Below, in pieces: positions 1 to 15,843 of a stretch of DNA of 58,563 bases. The stretch lies in assembly GCA_963755025.1 (NCBI GenBank), contig CAVWIH010000032.1, positions 1 through 58,563 on the forward strand, in the 5' to 3' direction. A program made the position numbers and the translations under genes. The notes under the pieces are model-generated. The model ran no database searches. It was not told the origin of the DNA and was given only the letters and a program-made list of their open reading frames with translations. The stretch is from an uncultured Actinomycetes bacterium (GTDB lineage Bacteria > Actinomycetota > Thermoleophilia > UBA2241). The first letter of the stretch is position 1. Each line of letters starts with the position of its first letter.

Positions 1-1
1 G

Positions 2-424
2 CCGCTGTACAAGCCCGTCTCCGACGAGGACGAAGGCGACGAGGCCGCTGCCGACTCCGGCGACGCCGAAGGCGCCTCCGCGCCTGCCGACACTGAAGAC
101 GTTGCGGCGGTCGAGAGCGCCGAAGCGAACGACGACGCCGAGGCCGAGGCGGCCGAGGAGATCGAGCCGGTCGCGGTGGTCGACGTCGAGCAGTCGGTCG
201 ACGAGCCGGGCGAGGCCGTCGAAGCTCCCGACGATACCGCAGTGGTCCTCGAAGACACGCCGACCCTTGGTCTCTCCGACGAGGTCTTCCCGGCCGGCGA
301 GCGTACCGGCGACGACGCCAAGGCTGAAGAGGCCAAGGCGGACGACGCCAAGGCCGACGAGGCGAAAGCCGACGAGCCTGCGACCGACGAGACCAAGGCC
401 GACGACTCACCCTCAGAGGCCTGA
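2..424 (+). CDS. rpsA: 3' end of a gene with a long acidic low-complexity C-terminal tail; probably 30S ribosomal protein S1 (5' part outside window)
   Basis: Frame open from base 2 to TGA at 422-424 (PLYKPVSDEDEG...TPTLGLSDEVF...SPSEA) with high GC3. Identity rests only on the actinobacterial rpsA-coaE-uvrB order; no S1 domain is visible here. Confidence 0.5.
   Translation, partial: PLYKPVSDEDEGDEAAADSGDAEGASAPADTEDVAAVESAEANDDAEAEAAEEIEPVAVVDVEQSVDEPGEAVEAPDDTAVVLEDTPTLGLSDEVFPAGERTGDDAKAEEAKADDAKADEAKADEPATDETKADDSPSEA
311..406 (+). repeat. Degenerate 15-bp tandem repeat, about 6 copies, encoding (D/E)(D/E)AKA
   Basis: gacgacgccaaggct gaagaggccaaggcg gacgacgccaaggcc gacgaggcgaaagcc gacgagcctgcgacc gacgagaccaaggcc. 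Confidence 0.85.
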
Positions 425-452
425 GGGTAGCGCCGCCAACCCCTGTGGGGGC

Positions 453-484
453 GGCGGGCGCGCCGATCTCTCGGCGCGCCCGCC
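453..484 (+). terminator. GC-rich stem-loop after the first gene (terminator or mRNA stabiliser)
   Basis: Perfect 14-bp stem GGCGGGCGCGCCGA-TCTC-TCGGCGCGCCCGCC followed by TCTCCT; no long U-run. Confidence 0.6.
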
Positions 485-509
485 TCTCCTGCGACCGACG
501 GTAGGACGA

Positions 510-1148
510 TTGACCACACATCGCATCCCTCGCCTGGGCGTCACCGGCGGCATCGGCTCGGGCAAATCCACGGCCACCGCCTTTCTGGCCGAGCTCGGCG
601 CGGCCGTGGTCTCGGCCGACGAGCTGGTCCATCACCTCCTCGAGGAACAGGCCATCATCAACCGGGTCGAGCGCCATTTCGGCGGCGCCGTCCTCGAAGA
701 CGAGCAGATCGTGCGGCCGGCACTGGCCAACGTGGTCTTCAACGACGCCGGCGAGCTTGTCTGGCTCGAGAGCCTGCTGCACCCCCACGTCAAGCGCCTG
801 ATCGTCGACTGGGCGCGCGACCAGGAGCAGCGGCGGCCACGGCCGCCGCTGCTGGTCGCCGAGGTGCCGCTGCTCTTCGAGAGCGGCATGACCGACATCT
901 TCGACTACGTCCTGCTCGTCACCGCACCCGAGGCGGCGCGCCGCAAGCGGCTGTCGTCGAAGGTGACGGCCGACGAGTTCTCGCGCCGCGCGGCCCGTCA
1001 GCAGCCCGAAGCCGAAAAGGCGACGCGCAGCGACTTCGTGGCCGAGAACGTGGGCGGCCGCGAGCACCTCAAACGCTACGTCGGCGAGGTCTACGCGACC
1101 ATCCTCGCCGAGGGCGAGCGGCGCGACGGCTCGCCTCCGGACCGCTAG
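510..1148 (+). CDS. coaE: Dephospho-CoA kinase
   Basis: TTG start; LGVTGGIGSGKST P-loop, ADELVH, LESLLHP and AEVPLLFES motifs. Confidence 0.93.
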   Translation: MTTHRIPRLGVTGGIGSGKSTATAFLAELGAAVVSADELVHHLLEEQAIINRVERHFGGAVLEDEQIVRPALANVVFNDAGELVWLESLLHPHVKRLIVDWARDQEQRRPRPPLLVAEVPLLFESGMTDIFDYVLLVTAPEAARRKRLSSKVTADEFSRRAARQQPEAEKATRSDFVAENVGGREHLKRYVGEVYATILAEGERRDGSPPDR

Positions 1149-1152
1149 GAGC

Positions 1153-1734
1153 ATGCGGCGCGGCCTGCTGATCGGGGGCCTCGTCCTGGTCGCGCTGGTG
1201 CTGGCCTGGGGTGTGCTCTCGCTCACCAAGCCGGCCTGGTTCCTGCGCGGCGTGTACCCTCTCTCGCACGTCGCCGCCATCCGCGCCGCGGCGCGCAAGA
1301 ACGACCTCGACCCCGCGCTCGTGGCCGCCGTCATCTATCAGGAGAGCCACTTTCGCGACCACGTGAGCTCGCTCCAGGGCGCCGTGGGGCTCATGCAGGT
1401 CCTGCCCTCGACGGCCCGCGACATCGCCCGCTCGACGGGCGGCACCGCCTTTGTCGAGAGCGACCTCACCGTGGCCCAGGTGAACATCCTCTACGGGTGC
1501 TACTACCTGCGCCAGCTCCTCGACCACTACCACGGCTCCAGGGCGGCGGCCATCGCCGCCTACAACGCCGGCGAGAGCAACGTCGATGCGTGGCTCTCGA
1601 CGAGCGGGGGCAAGCTTACCCCGCGGGCCATCCCGTTCAGCGAGACGCGCGACTACGTCACGCGCGTGCTGGCCCTTCAGAAGCTCTATCGTCGGGCCTA
1701 CGGCGCGCAGCTCGGGCCCGCGCCCGCCAGTTGA
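1153..1734 (+). CDS. Membrane-anchored lytic transglycosylase (SLT domain)
   Basis: N-terminal TM helix; IYQES catalytic Glu, [14 protein letters not shown] and ETRDYV motifs. Confidence 0.9.
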   Translation: MRRGLLIGGLVLVALVLAWGVLSLTKPAWFLRGVYPLSHVAAIRAAARKNDLDPALVAAVIYQESHFRDHVSSLQGAVGLMQVLPSTARDIARSTGGTAFVESDLTVAQVNILYGCYYLRQLLDHYHGSRAAAIAAYNAGESNVDAWLSTSGGKLTPRAIPFSETRDYVTRVLALQKLYRRAYGAQLGPAPAS

Positions 1735-1737
1735 CAA

Positions 1738-1766
1738 TTGCGAACGTACGTTCGCTCTGCTACCAT
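1738..1766 (+). promoter_or_regulatory. uvrB promoter overlapped by a LexA SOS (Cheo) box
   Basis: Perfect palindrome CGAAC-GTAC-GTTCG at 1741-1754; -35 TTGCGA (1738-43), 17-nt spacer, extended -10 TGcTACCAT (1758-66). Confidence 0.88.
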
Positions 1767-1775
1767 CCACGACTG

Positions 1776-3794
<2,019 letters not shown>

Positions 3795-3874
3795 CCCGCC
3801 GGTCCGGGCGGTCCGCCCCGCCGGCGCGAGCCTGCCGCCGTTCGTCTCCGACCGACTGGAGTGACACTACCTAC

Positions 3875-6817
3875 ATGACAGACGCCATCGTCATCACCGG
3901 GGCCCGCGAGCACAACCTGAAAGACGTCTCGCTGTCGCTGCCGCGCGACCGCTTCATCGTGATCACCGGCCTGTCGGGCTCGGGCAAGTCGTCGCTCGCC
4001 TTCGACACGATCTACGCCGAGGGCCAGCGACGCTACGTCGAGTCGCTGTCGGCCTACGCCCGCCAGTTCCTGGGGCAGATGGACAAGCCCGACATCGACA
4101 GCATCGAGGGCCTCTCGCCGGCCATCTCGATCGACCAGAAGACGACGTCGCGCAACCCGCGCTCCACCGTGGGCACCGCCACCGAGATCTACGACTACCT
4201 GCGCCTGCTGTACGCGCGCATCGGACACCCGCACTGCCCCAACTGCGGCCGTCCCATCGAAGGGCAGTCGCTCGAGCAGATCATCGACCAGGTGCTCGAG
4301 CTCGAGCCGGGCGCGCGGTTCAGCGTGAACGCGCCGGTCGTGCGCGGCCGCAAGGGCGAGTACGGCCAGCTCTTCCGCGAGCTGCGCGACGACGGCTTCA
4401 CGCGGGTCGAGGTCGACGGCGAGATGCGCGCCTTAGACGACGAGATCGTGCTCGACAAGAAGTTCAAGCACGACGTCTCGGTGGTCGTCGACCGCCTCGT
4501 CATGAAAGACGGCCTGCGGCGCCGGCTGACCGACTCCATCGAGACCGCGGCCCGCCTGTCCGACGGGCTCATCGAGGTCGTGCTGGCCGACGGCCCCACG
4601 CTCACCTTCTCCGAGAAGTTCGCCTGCCTCGCGTGCGGCATCTCCATGCCCGAGATCCAGCCGCGCATCTTCTCGTTCAACAACCCGCACGGCGCCTGCC
4701 CGGCCTGCCACGGCCTCGGCTCCACGCAGGAGATCGACCCCGAGCTGGTCGTGCCCGACCACTCGCTGTCGATCAGCCAGGGCGCCCTGCTGCCGTTCGG
4801 CCTGGCGGCCGGCTGGATGGACGACACCTTCCAGGCCGTGATCGAGCGCTATCACGTCGAACCCCGACACGCCCTGGCGGGACCTGCCGCCCGAGCAGCG
4901 CGACCTGTTCCTCAAGGGCACACCCGACCGCATCGACATGCGCTACCGCAACTACGAGGGCCGCTGGCGGCACTACAAGGCGCAGTTCCACGGCATCCTC
5001 GCCAACCTCCAGCGCCGCTACGCCGAGACCGAATCCGACCTCATCCGCCAGAAGATCGAGGAGTACATGAGCGAGCGTCCGTGCGAGGAGTGCCACGGCG
5101 CGCGCCTCAAGCCGACGAGCCTCGCGGTCACGGTCGGCGAGCGCAACATCTACCGAGTTCACGCTCATGAGCGTCGGCGAGGCGCTCGCCTTTCTCGACA
5201 CGCTGGCCATGACCGAGACCGAGCGCCTCATCGGCGGCCGCGTGGTCAAGGAGATCCGCGAACGGCTGCAAGCTTCCTCGCCGACGTCGGGCGTTGGCGT
5301 ACCTCACCCTGGGGCGCGCCGCGGCCTCGCTGTCGGGCGGCGAGGCGCAGCGCATCCGCCTGGCCACCCAGATCGGCTCGGCGCTCGTCGGCGTGCTCTA
5401 CATCCTCGACGAGCCCAGCATCGGCCTGCACCAGCGCGACAACCGGCGGCTGATCGACACGCTCCTGCGCCTGCGCGACCTGGGCAACACCGTCATCGTC
5501 GTCGAGCACGACGAGGAGACCATGCGCTCGGCCGACCACCTCGTCGACATGGGGCCCGGCGCCGGCGAGCACGGCGGCTGGGTCGTGGCCCAGGGGCCGC
5601 CGTCGTTCATCGCGGCCGAGCCGGCCTCGCTCACCGGCCAGTACCTCGTCGGGCAAGCGCCGCATCGAGGTGCCCGGGCAGCGCCGCCTGCCGGTGCAGT
5701 GGCTCACCGTGCGCGACGCCTCGATGCACAACCTCAAGCACATCGACGTGGCCTTCCCGGTCGGGGCCTTCACGGTCGTCGCCGGCGTCTCGGGCTCGGG
5801 CAAATCGACGCTCGTCAACGAGATCCTCTACAAGGGCACGGCGGCGCGCGTCATGCGCGGCTCCAGGGCGCGGCCCGGGGCGCACGCCGGCATCGACGGC
5901 GCTCGAGCTGCTCGACAAGGTCATCGACATCGACCAGTCGCCGATCGGCCGCACGCCGCGCTCCAACCCGGCGACCTACACCGGGGTGTTCGACCACATC
6001 CGCCAGCTCTTCGCCGCGACGCCCGAGTCCAAGGTGCGCGGCTACAAGCCCGGACGCTTCAGCTTCAACGTCAAGGGCGGCCGCTGCGAGGTCTGCAAGG
6101 GCGACGGCCAGATCAAGATCGAGATGCACTTCCTGCCCGACGTCTACGTGCCCTGCGAGGCCTGCAAGGGCCAGCGCTACAACCGCGACACGCTCGAGGT
6201 CTACTTCAAGGGCAAGAACATCGCCGAGGTGCTCGACATGAGCGTCGACGAGGGCTGCACGTTCTTCGCCAACCTGCCGCGCATCGCGCGCCGGCTCACC
6301 ACCCTGAACGACGTCGGCCTCGGCTACATCAAGCTCGGCCAGCCGGCGACCACGCTCTCGGGCGGCGAAGCGCAGCGCGTCAAGCTCGCCACCGAGCTCT
6401 CCAAGGTCGCCACGGGGCGCACGCTCTACATCCTCGACGAGCCCACCACCGGGCTGCACTTCGCCGACATCGAACACCTGCTCGACGTGCTGCAGCGCCT
6501 GGTCGACCAGGGCAACACGGTGGTCGTGATCGAGCACAACCTCGACGTCATCAAGTCGGCCGACTGGGTCATCGACCTCGGGCCCCGAGGGCGGCGACGA
6601 GGGGGGAGAGGTGATCGTCGAAGGCACGCCCGAGGACCTGCTCGAAGCCGCCGACCGCTCGTACACCGGCGAGTACCTGCGCCACGTGCTGGGCAGCGAC
6701 CGGCAGGCGCCGGTGGCGGCGGCGCGCAAGGGCCGGCGCGGCGGCGGCCGGCAGCCCTCGAGCGCCCGCCCGGCGGCCGCTCGCCGCCGCGCCGACTCAA
6801 CGACGGCCGGACTCTGA
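3875..6817 (+). CDS. uvrA: Excinuclease ABC subunit A (broken by several indels, probably assembly errors)
   Basis: [16 protein letters not shown], Zn fingers, two LSGGEAQR signatures, LDEPSIGLH and LDEPTTGLH spread over frames; breaks near 4861, 5155, 5270-5295, 5652, 5900, 6585. Confidence 0.93.
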
Positions 6818-6874
6818 GGCCTGCGATCGCCGTGCGCCCCGCGGCGGCCCCGCGGTGCGATAATCGCAGGTGAG

Positions 6875-8838
6875 ATGACTGAGCAGGCTCACGACCAGGC
6901 GCTCGTCGCGCTCCACGAATCGGCTCGCCGGGCGCCCAACGCGCCGGGCGTCTACCGCTGGCTCGACGGCGACGGCCATGTGCTCTACGTGGGCAAGGCC
7001 AAAGACCTGCGCAAGCGCCTGGCGTCGTACTTTCGGGGCGGCGCCCCGGGCGGGCGCTCCGCCGAGATGGTCGCACGGGCGCGTGCGATCGAGTACGTGG
7101 TCACGTCGTCGGAGACCGAAGCCCTGCTGCTCGAGGACAACTTCATCAAAGAGGCGCGGCCGCCGTTCAACCTGCGCCTGCGCGACGACAAGAGCTACCC
7201 CTTCATCGAGATCACGCTCAGCGACGAGTGGCCGCGCGTGCGCTTCTTCCGCGGCCGCCACGCGCCGGGCAACCTCTACTTCGGTCCGTATTCGAGCGCG
7301 CGCAAGGTGCGCGAGACCCTCGAGCTCATCGGGCGCATCTTCCCGTACCGCAAGTGCCGCGCCGACAAGCCCGGGCGGCCCAGCGGCTCGCCCTGCCTGC
7401 AGTACTTCATCGACCGCTCGCTCGGGCCCTGCGACGACCGCGTCTCGCGCGACGAGTACCTCGAGGTGATCGACCAGGTGATCGAGTTCCTGCGCGGCCG
7501 CCTGTCGAACGTCGGGCGCAGCATCGAAGAGGACATGCGCGCGGCGGCGACGGCGCGCGAGTTCGAGAAGGCCGCCCTGCTGCGCGACCGCCTCGAGGCG
7601 GTCCGTCACGTGCAGGAGCGGCAGTCGGTCGAGAGCGAGGGCTCGGGCTCGTTCGACGTGCTCGGACTCTGGCAGGGCGAGCCCGGCGGCAACGTCCAGG
7701 TATTTCGCGTGCGCGAGGGGGCGCTCGTCGCTCGCGAGACCTTCTTTGTCGAGAACACGGCCGGCCGCGAGCCGCGCGACCTGATCGAAGAGTTCGCCCT
7801 GAGCTACTACGGCGACGGCGTGAACATACCGGGCCAGGTGATCGCGCCCGTCGGCGACGGCGCCGCCGACCTCGCCGCCGTGCTGTCGGGGCGCCGCGGC
7901 GCGCGCGTCGAGGTGCGCCGCGCGCTGCGCGGACCCAAGCGCCGGCTGCTCGAGATGGCCGAGCGCAACGCCTCGCAGGCGGCCGCCGAAGAAGAGGCGC
8001 GCCTGGCGCGCACCCGCGAGGCGCGCGAAGAGGCGCTCGTGCGCCTGCGCGACACTCTGGGCCTCACCGACCTGCCGCTGCGCATCGAGTGCTACGACAT
8101 CTCCAACCTGGGCGAGCGTCACGCCGTGGGCTCGATGGTGGTCTTTACCGACGGCCGCCCGCGCAAGGCGCACTACCGCAAGTTCACCATCCGCACGGTC
8201 GCCGGCCAGGACGACTTCGCCATGATGCGCGAGGTCGTCGGGCGCCGGCTGCGGCGCCTCGGCGCGACGGCGGGCGGGCGCGACGGCGCCGCCGCCGGCG
8301 CGGCTCGCGGCTCCGCGGGCGACGAGGGCGCGGCCGACGGCGGGGCCATCGCCGAGCTCGCCGCCGCCGACGAGGGGCGCTACGACGAGAGCTTCGCCGC
8401 GCGGCCCGGCCTGATCGTCGTCGACGGCGGCAAGGGGCAGCTCTCGGCGGCCCTCGAGGCGCTCCGCGAGCAGGGCGTCGACGTGCCGGTCATCGGCCTC
8501 GCCAAACAGCGCGAAGAGGTCTTCGTGCCGGGGCGTTCGGCGCCGCTCGCCCTGCCGGCCGACGACCCTGCCTCGCTGCTGCTGCAGCGCATACGCGACG
8601 AGGCCCACCGCTTTGCAGTAACCTTCCATCGGCAGCGCCGCGGCACCGACCTGCGCCGCGCCTCCATCTTCGACGAGCTGCCCAAGGTGGGCCCGGTGCG
8701 GCGGCGGGCGATCCTCGAGCATTTCGGCAGCCCCGAGCGCTTCATCGCCGCCTCGCGCGACGAGCTCGAGCAGGTGCCCGGGTTGCCGCGGCAGGGTGGC
8801 GCGCGAGATCTACGGCGCAGCTGCACAAGGCCGGTTAG
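6875..8838 (+). CDS. uvrC: Excinuclease ABC subunit C (indels near 8795-8815)
   Basis: GIY-YIG (PGVY..YVGKAK), LRDDKSYP, IECYDISN, VDGGKGQ, RDEAHRFA, HhH; true end ...QLHKAG TAG 8836-38 is in another frame. Confidence 0.93.
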
Positions 8839-8941
8839 ACGTATCGCCCAGAGCCGGCGAGCAGCGGCGGCCGAGCGCGGCGCCGCGAAGATGACAAGCA
8901 GAAGGCCCGCGTCGCGCGGGCCGCGACCGAGAGGGGCACAC

Positions 8942-9422
8942 ATGTCCACGACGGCCCTGTACGACACGCCGTTCGGCGTGGGCGTGGTCGTGCTGCGCGA
9001 CGGCCGGCCCGTCGGCCTCGAGCTCCCCGACCCGGCCCGGCGGCCGGCGGCGGGCGACGCGCTCGCCGGCGAGCCCTGGTGCGCGCTGCTCGTGCGCTAC
9101 TTCAGCGGCGAGCGGGTCGTGTTCCCCCTCGACGTCGAAGCCTACGTCGAGCAGCTCGGCTGCACGGCCTTCGAGGCCGACGTGTTGCGCGCCCTGTCGC
9201 GCGTGCCGTACGGCCGCATGGTGAGCTACCGCGACCTCGCCCGCGACGCCGGATACCCCAACGCGTATCGGGCGGCGGGCTCGGTGATGGCGCGCAACGA
9301 GCTGCCCGTCATCCTGCCCTGCCACCGCATCACGCGCAGCGACGGGCAGCTCGGCAACTACGGCGACGACCCGTCCTGGAAGCGCCGCCTGCTCGAGCTC
9401 GAGGGCGCGCGGGGGGCTATGA
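8942..9422 (+). CDS. ogt: Methylated-DNA-protein-cysteine methyltransferase
   Basis: VPYGRMVSY, YRAAGS and ILPCHR active site. Reads into rapZ as sequenced; removing one G from G6 (9411-16) restores a TGA overlapping the rapZ ATG. Confidence 0.85.
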
Positions 9423-10288
9423 CCACTCCCATGCCGTTCGTCATTCTCTCCGGCCTGTCGGGAGCGGGGAAGACCCAGGCCATCGACGCCTTCGAAGACG
9501 CCGGCTACTTCTGCGTCGACAACCTGCCGCCGCAGCTGCTGTCGCCACTCGTCGACCTGTTCCGCATAGAGGGCAGCAAGGTGCAGCGCGTGGCCGTCGT
9601 GTGCGACGTGCGCGGCGGCGAGTACTTCGTCGAGATCGACCGCGTGCTCGACGAGCTCGACGCCGCCGGCGTCGAGTACTCGCTGGTCTTCCTCGAAGCC
9701 TCCGACGACGTCCTGGTGGCGCGCTTCAAAGAGACGCGCCGCCGCCATCCGCTGGCCGCCCGCGACAGCGTGCTCGACGGCATCAAGCGCGAACGCGAGC
9801 AGCTCGACGCCCTGCGCGAGCGCGCCAACCACATCATCGACACGAGCGGCATCACCATCCAGGAGCTCAAGCTCTGGCTGAACGAGGAGATCATCCACCG
9901 GGGCCGCCGGCAGAGCATCACGTTCAGCTTCGTCTCGTTCGGCTACAAGTACGGCATCCCGATCGACGCCGACCTGCTGTTCGACGTGCGCTTTCTGCCC
10001 AACCCCTTCTACGACCTCGCGCTGCGGCCGCTCACCGGGCTCGACCACGAGGTGCGCGACTACGTGCTGAGCTCGGTCGACGGCGCCGAGTTCTTCGCCG
10101 TGTTCCTGCCGCTGCTCGACTACCTGTTCCCCCGCTACGTGGCCGAGGGCAAGGCCCACCTGACGATCGGCATCGGCTGCACCGGCGGCCGCCACCGCTC
10201 CGTGACCATCGCCGCCTGGCTGGCCGACCACTACGCGGCCGAGGGCTTGCAGACGACGGTGCGTCATCGCGACATGAGCAGGGGCTGA
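9419..10288 (+). CDS. rapZ: RNase adapter / P-loop NTPase RapZ (YvcJ)
   Basis: SGLSGAGKT, CVDNLPP, ETRRRHPL, SFGYKYG, DVRFLPNP, GCTGGRHRSV. Confidence 0.96.
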   Translation: MTTPMPFVILSGLSGAGKTQAIDAFEDAGYFCVDNLPPQLLSPLVDLFRIEGSKVQRVAVVCDVRGGEYFVEIDRVLDELDAAGVEYSLVFLEASDDVLVARFKETRRRHPLAARDSVLDGIKREREQLDALRERANHIIDTSGITIQELKLWLNEEIIHRGRRQSITFSFVSFGYKYGIPIDADLLFDVRFLPNPFYDLALRPLTGLDHEVRDYVLSSVDGAEFFAVFLPLLDYLFPRYVAEGKAHLTIGIGCTGGRHRSVTIAAWLADHYAAEGLQTTVRHRDMSRG

Positions 10289-11572
10289 CCGAGGCCTCGC
10301 CGTGGCGCCGCGCCGGTCTCGCCGAGCTGGAGTGGCTCTACCCGGGCGTCGGCATGAAACGCCGCGTGCTGGCGGTCTGCGCCGGCGGCGCGCTCGTCGG
10401 CACTGTCGGGCTGGCTCGCCCTGGGCATCGTCGTCTCGAGCGGCCGGCGCCACGACGTGGGCGGCACCTGGATCACGGGCCACGTCTGGCTCGGCGCGGC
10501 GCTGGTCGCCGGCTGCCTCGTGGCGGGCCTCGCGGTCGTGGTGGCGGGCACGCGCAGCCTCTATCGCTTCGCGCGCTCGGCCGGCGAGCAGGGCGTGCTC
10601 GCCCTGCGCAGCGACGCGCGCCTCGCCCGCGGCCCGCGCATCGTGGCGATCGGCGGCGGCACGGGCCTCTCGGTGCTGCTCTCGGGCCTCAAGGAGCACT
10701 CGAGCAACCTGACCGCGGTGGTCACCGTCGCCGACGACGGCGGCAGCTCGGGCCTGCTGCGCAACGGCCTCGGCATGCTGCCGCCGGGCGACATCCGCAG
10801 CTGCCTCGTCGCCCTGGCCGACGACGAGTCGCTCATGAGCCGCCTCTTCCAGTATCGCTTTCCCCAGGACGGAGGCCTGCAGGGCCACAGCTTCGGCAAC
10901 CTCTTCGTGGCCGCCCTGGCCGACGTCACCGGCGACTTCGAGCGCGCCGTGCAGGAGTCGACCACCGTGCTCAACGTACGCGGCCGGGTGCTGCCCGCGA
11001 CGCTCGAGAGCGTCACGCTGCACGCCGAGCTGCAGGGCGGCGAGCGCGTCGACGGCGAGTCGTCGATCACCGCCAGCGAGCACTTGCCGCTGCGCGTCTG
11101 GCTGGCCCCCGAGCGACCGCGGGCGATGCCCCAGGCGCTCGAGGCCATCGCGGCGGCCGACCTCGTCGTGCTCGGACCCGGCAGCCTCTACACGAGCATC
11201 CTGCCCAACCTGCTCATCCCCGACGTGCGCGAGGCCCTGAAGGGCACCGCGGGCGCGCGTCGTCTACGTCTGCAACGTCATGACTCAGCCCGGCGAGACC
11301 GACGGCCACACCGCGGCCGATCACCTGAGCGTGTTGTACCGGCACGGCGCCGCGGGCATCGTCGACGACGTGCTGGTCAACGACACGGCGGTCTCCGACG
11401 AGCTCGCCGCGGTCTATCGCGCCGGCGGGGCTCAGCCCGTCGCGGTCGACGACGACCGGCTCGTCGCCCTGGGCGTGCGCGTCGAGCACGCGCGCCTGGC
11501 GCGCGAAGGCGACTTCTTCAGGCACGACTCGGCGAAGCTCGCCGAGGCCGTGCTCGGCCTGGCCAGGCCGCG

Positions 11573-11576
<4 letters not shown>
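10285..11576 (+). CDS. yvcK: YvcK/CofD-family UDP-GlcNAc-binding gluconeogenesis factor (frameshifts near 10410 and 11255; start uncertain)
   Basis: WLYPGVGMKR N-terminus, GGGTGLS, ADDGGSSG, PPGDIR, GHSFGNL, GPGSLYTS, NVMTQPGET, RHDSAKL; rapZ-yvcK-whiA operon. Confidence 0.88.
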
Positions 11577-13811
<2,235 letters not shown>

Positions 13812-13839
13812 GTTCCGCGTAGATCTCGAGGAGGGTCCC

Positions 13840-15021
13840 ATGGCCAAGCGTGCTCTGACCGACTACCCGGTCGACGGACGACGCGTCTTCGTACGGGTCG
13901 ATTTCAACGTGCCGCTCAAAGACGGCGCGGTGGCCGACGACACGCGCATCCGCGCGGCGCTGCCGACCATCAAGTACCTGATCGACCACGACTGCCGGGT
14001 GGTGCTGGCCTCGCATCTTGGCCGACCCAAGGGCCAGGTCGTGCCCGAACTGCGCATGGATCCGATCGCCGCGCGGCTCTCCGAGCTGCTCGGCCGTCCG
14101 GTCGAGAAGGCCGACGACTGCGTCGGTCCCAAGGTCGCCGCGGCGGCGGCGGCCTTGGCGCCCGGCGCGGTGCTGCTGCTCGAGAACCTGCGGTTCCACG
14201 CCGAGGAGACCGCCAACGACGCGGCCTTCGCCGGCGAGCTGGCGGCGCTCGCCGACGTCTACGTGAACGACGCCTTCGGCACCGCCCACCGCGCTCACGC
14301 CTCCACCGTCGGCGTGCCGCTCGTGCTGCCCGGCGTCGCCGGCCTGCTCATGGCGCGCGAGCTCGAGGTCCTGGGCCGGCTGCTCGCCGACCCGGCGCGG
14401 CCCTTCGTGGTGCTGCTCGGCGGCGCCAAGGTGTCCGACAAGATCGGCGTCATCGAGAAGATGCTGACCGTGGCCGACGCGCTCCTCGTGGGCGGCGCCA
14501 TGTGCTTCCCGCTGCTCGCCGCGGGCGGCGCCGAAGTCGGCCGCTCCAAGATGGAAGAGGGCACCGCCGACATCGCCGCGCGGGTGCTCGCGGCGGCCGC
14601 CGACGCGGCCTGCGAGTTCGTGCTGCCGTCCGACATCGTCGTCGCTCCCGACCCGGGCAGCGCGGCTGCTCGCCGGGTCGTGGCGGCCGACGCCATACCG
14701 GCCGACGAGATGGGCCTCGACATAGGGCCGGCCACGGCGGCCGCCTTCGCCGAGCGTCTGCGGACGGCGGGCACAGTGTTCTGGAACGGCCCCATGGGGC
14801 TGTTCGAGGTGGCCGACTTCGCCGACGGCACGCGCGTCGTGGGCGAGGCGGTCGCCGGCTGCGCCGGGGTCAGCGTGGTGGGCGGCGGCGACACGGTGAG
14901 CGCCGTGCGCACCTTCGGCCTCGAAGACCGCATCACGCACGTCTCGACCGGCGGCGGCGCCTCCATGGAGTTCCTCGAAGGCAAGGCCCTGCCCGGAGTC
15001 GAGGCGCTGCTCGACGCCTGA
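13840..15021 (+). CDS. pgk: Phosphoglycerate kinase
   Basis: [43 protein letters not shown]. Confidence 0.98.
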   Translation: MAKRALTDYPVDGRRVFVRVDFNVPLKDGAVADDTRIRAALPTIKYLIDHDCRVVLASHLGRPKGQVVPELRMDPIAARLSELLGRPVEKADDCVGPKVAAAAAALAPGAVLLLENLRFHAEETANDAAFAGELAALADVYVNDAFGTAHRAHASTVGVPLVLPGVAGLLMARELEVLGRLLADPARPFVVLLGGAKVSDKIGVIEKMLTVADALLVGGAMCFPLLAAGGAEVGRSKMEEGTADIAARVLAAAADAACEFVLPSDIVVAPDPGSAAARRVVAADAIPADEMGLDIGPATAAAFAERLRTAGTVFWNGPMGLFEVADFADGTRVVGEAVAGCAGVSVVGGGDTVSAVRTFGLEDRITHVSTGGGASMEFLEGKALPGVEALLDA

Positions 15022-15078
15022 CATGCGGCCATCGAACGGCGCCGCTATCGGGGGCGCCCAAAGGAGACTGGACTGATC

Positions 15079-15843
15079 ATGGAGTTCGTGCGCAGGCCGC
15101 TGCTGGCCGGCAACTGGAAGATGTACAAGACGCAGGCCGAGGCGACCGCCTATGCGAGCGCCTTCGCCCCGCTGGTCGCCGGCGTCGACGACCGCGACAT
15201 CCTGCTCTGCGCGCCCTTCACCGACCTCGGCGCGCTCGTCGCCGCGAGCGCCGGCACCGTCGTCAAGGTCGGGGCGCAGACCATGCACTACGCCCCCCAG
15301 GGCGCCTACACCGGCGAGATCTCGGCGCAGATGCTGGTCGAGGCCGGCGTCGATGCCGTGATCCTCGGCCACTCTGAGCGGCGTCAGTACTTCAACGAGA
15401 ACGACACGGAGCTCGCCCAGAAGGTCCGCGTGGCGCTCGATCACGGCCTGCTGGCGGTGCTGTGCTGCGGCGAGACCGACGAGGAGCGTGTCGCCGGTCG
15501 CACGCAGGAGAAGATCGGCGGCCAGCTCGATCGCGACCTCGCCGCCGTCAAGCCCGAAGAGCTCGCCGCCCTGGCGATCGCCTACGAACCCATCTGGGCG
15601 ATCGGCACCGGCAAGACGGCGACCGCCGAGATCGCCCAGGAGACCGTGGCCTTCGTGCGCTCCCGCGTCCGCGAGAACCTGCGGGCGGCGGCCGACCAGG
15701 TGCGCGTCCTCTACGGCGGCAGCGTCAAGGCGGCCAACATCGACGAGCTCATGGCGCAGCCCGACATCGACGGTGTCCTGGTCGGCGGCGCCAGCCTCGA
15801 CCCGGTCGAGTTCGCCCGCATCGCGCGTTTCGAGACGGCGTGA
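15079..15843 (+). CDS. tpiA: Triosephosphate isomerase
   Basis: GNWKM, GHSERR, AYEPIWAIGTG, YGGSV, LVGGAS. Confidence 0.98.
   Translation: MEFVRRPLLAGNWKMYKTQAEATAYASAFAPLVAGVDDRDILLCAPFTDLGALVAASAGTVVKVGAQTMHYAPQGAYTGEISAQMLVEAGVDAVILGHSERRQYFNENDTELAQKVRVALDHGLLAVLCCGETDEERVAGRTQEKIGGQLDRDLAAVKPEELAALAIAYEPIWAIGTGKTATAEIAQETVAFVRSRVRENLRAAADQVRVLYGGSVKAANIDELMAQPDIDGVLVGGASLDPVEFARIARFETA

Noticed and set aside
1731-1736. Perfect TTGACA as the uvrB -35
   Set aside because: It is 24 nt from the -10; TTGCGA at 1738 gives the correct 17-nt spacing.
6875-10288. 1137-aa apparent UvrC-Ogt-RapZ fusion ORF
   Set aside because: Explained by indels. UvrC has a natural end (QLHKAG*) at 8838 in another frame, and removing one G at 9411-16 restores an ogt stop overlapping the rapZ ATG.
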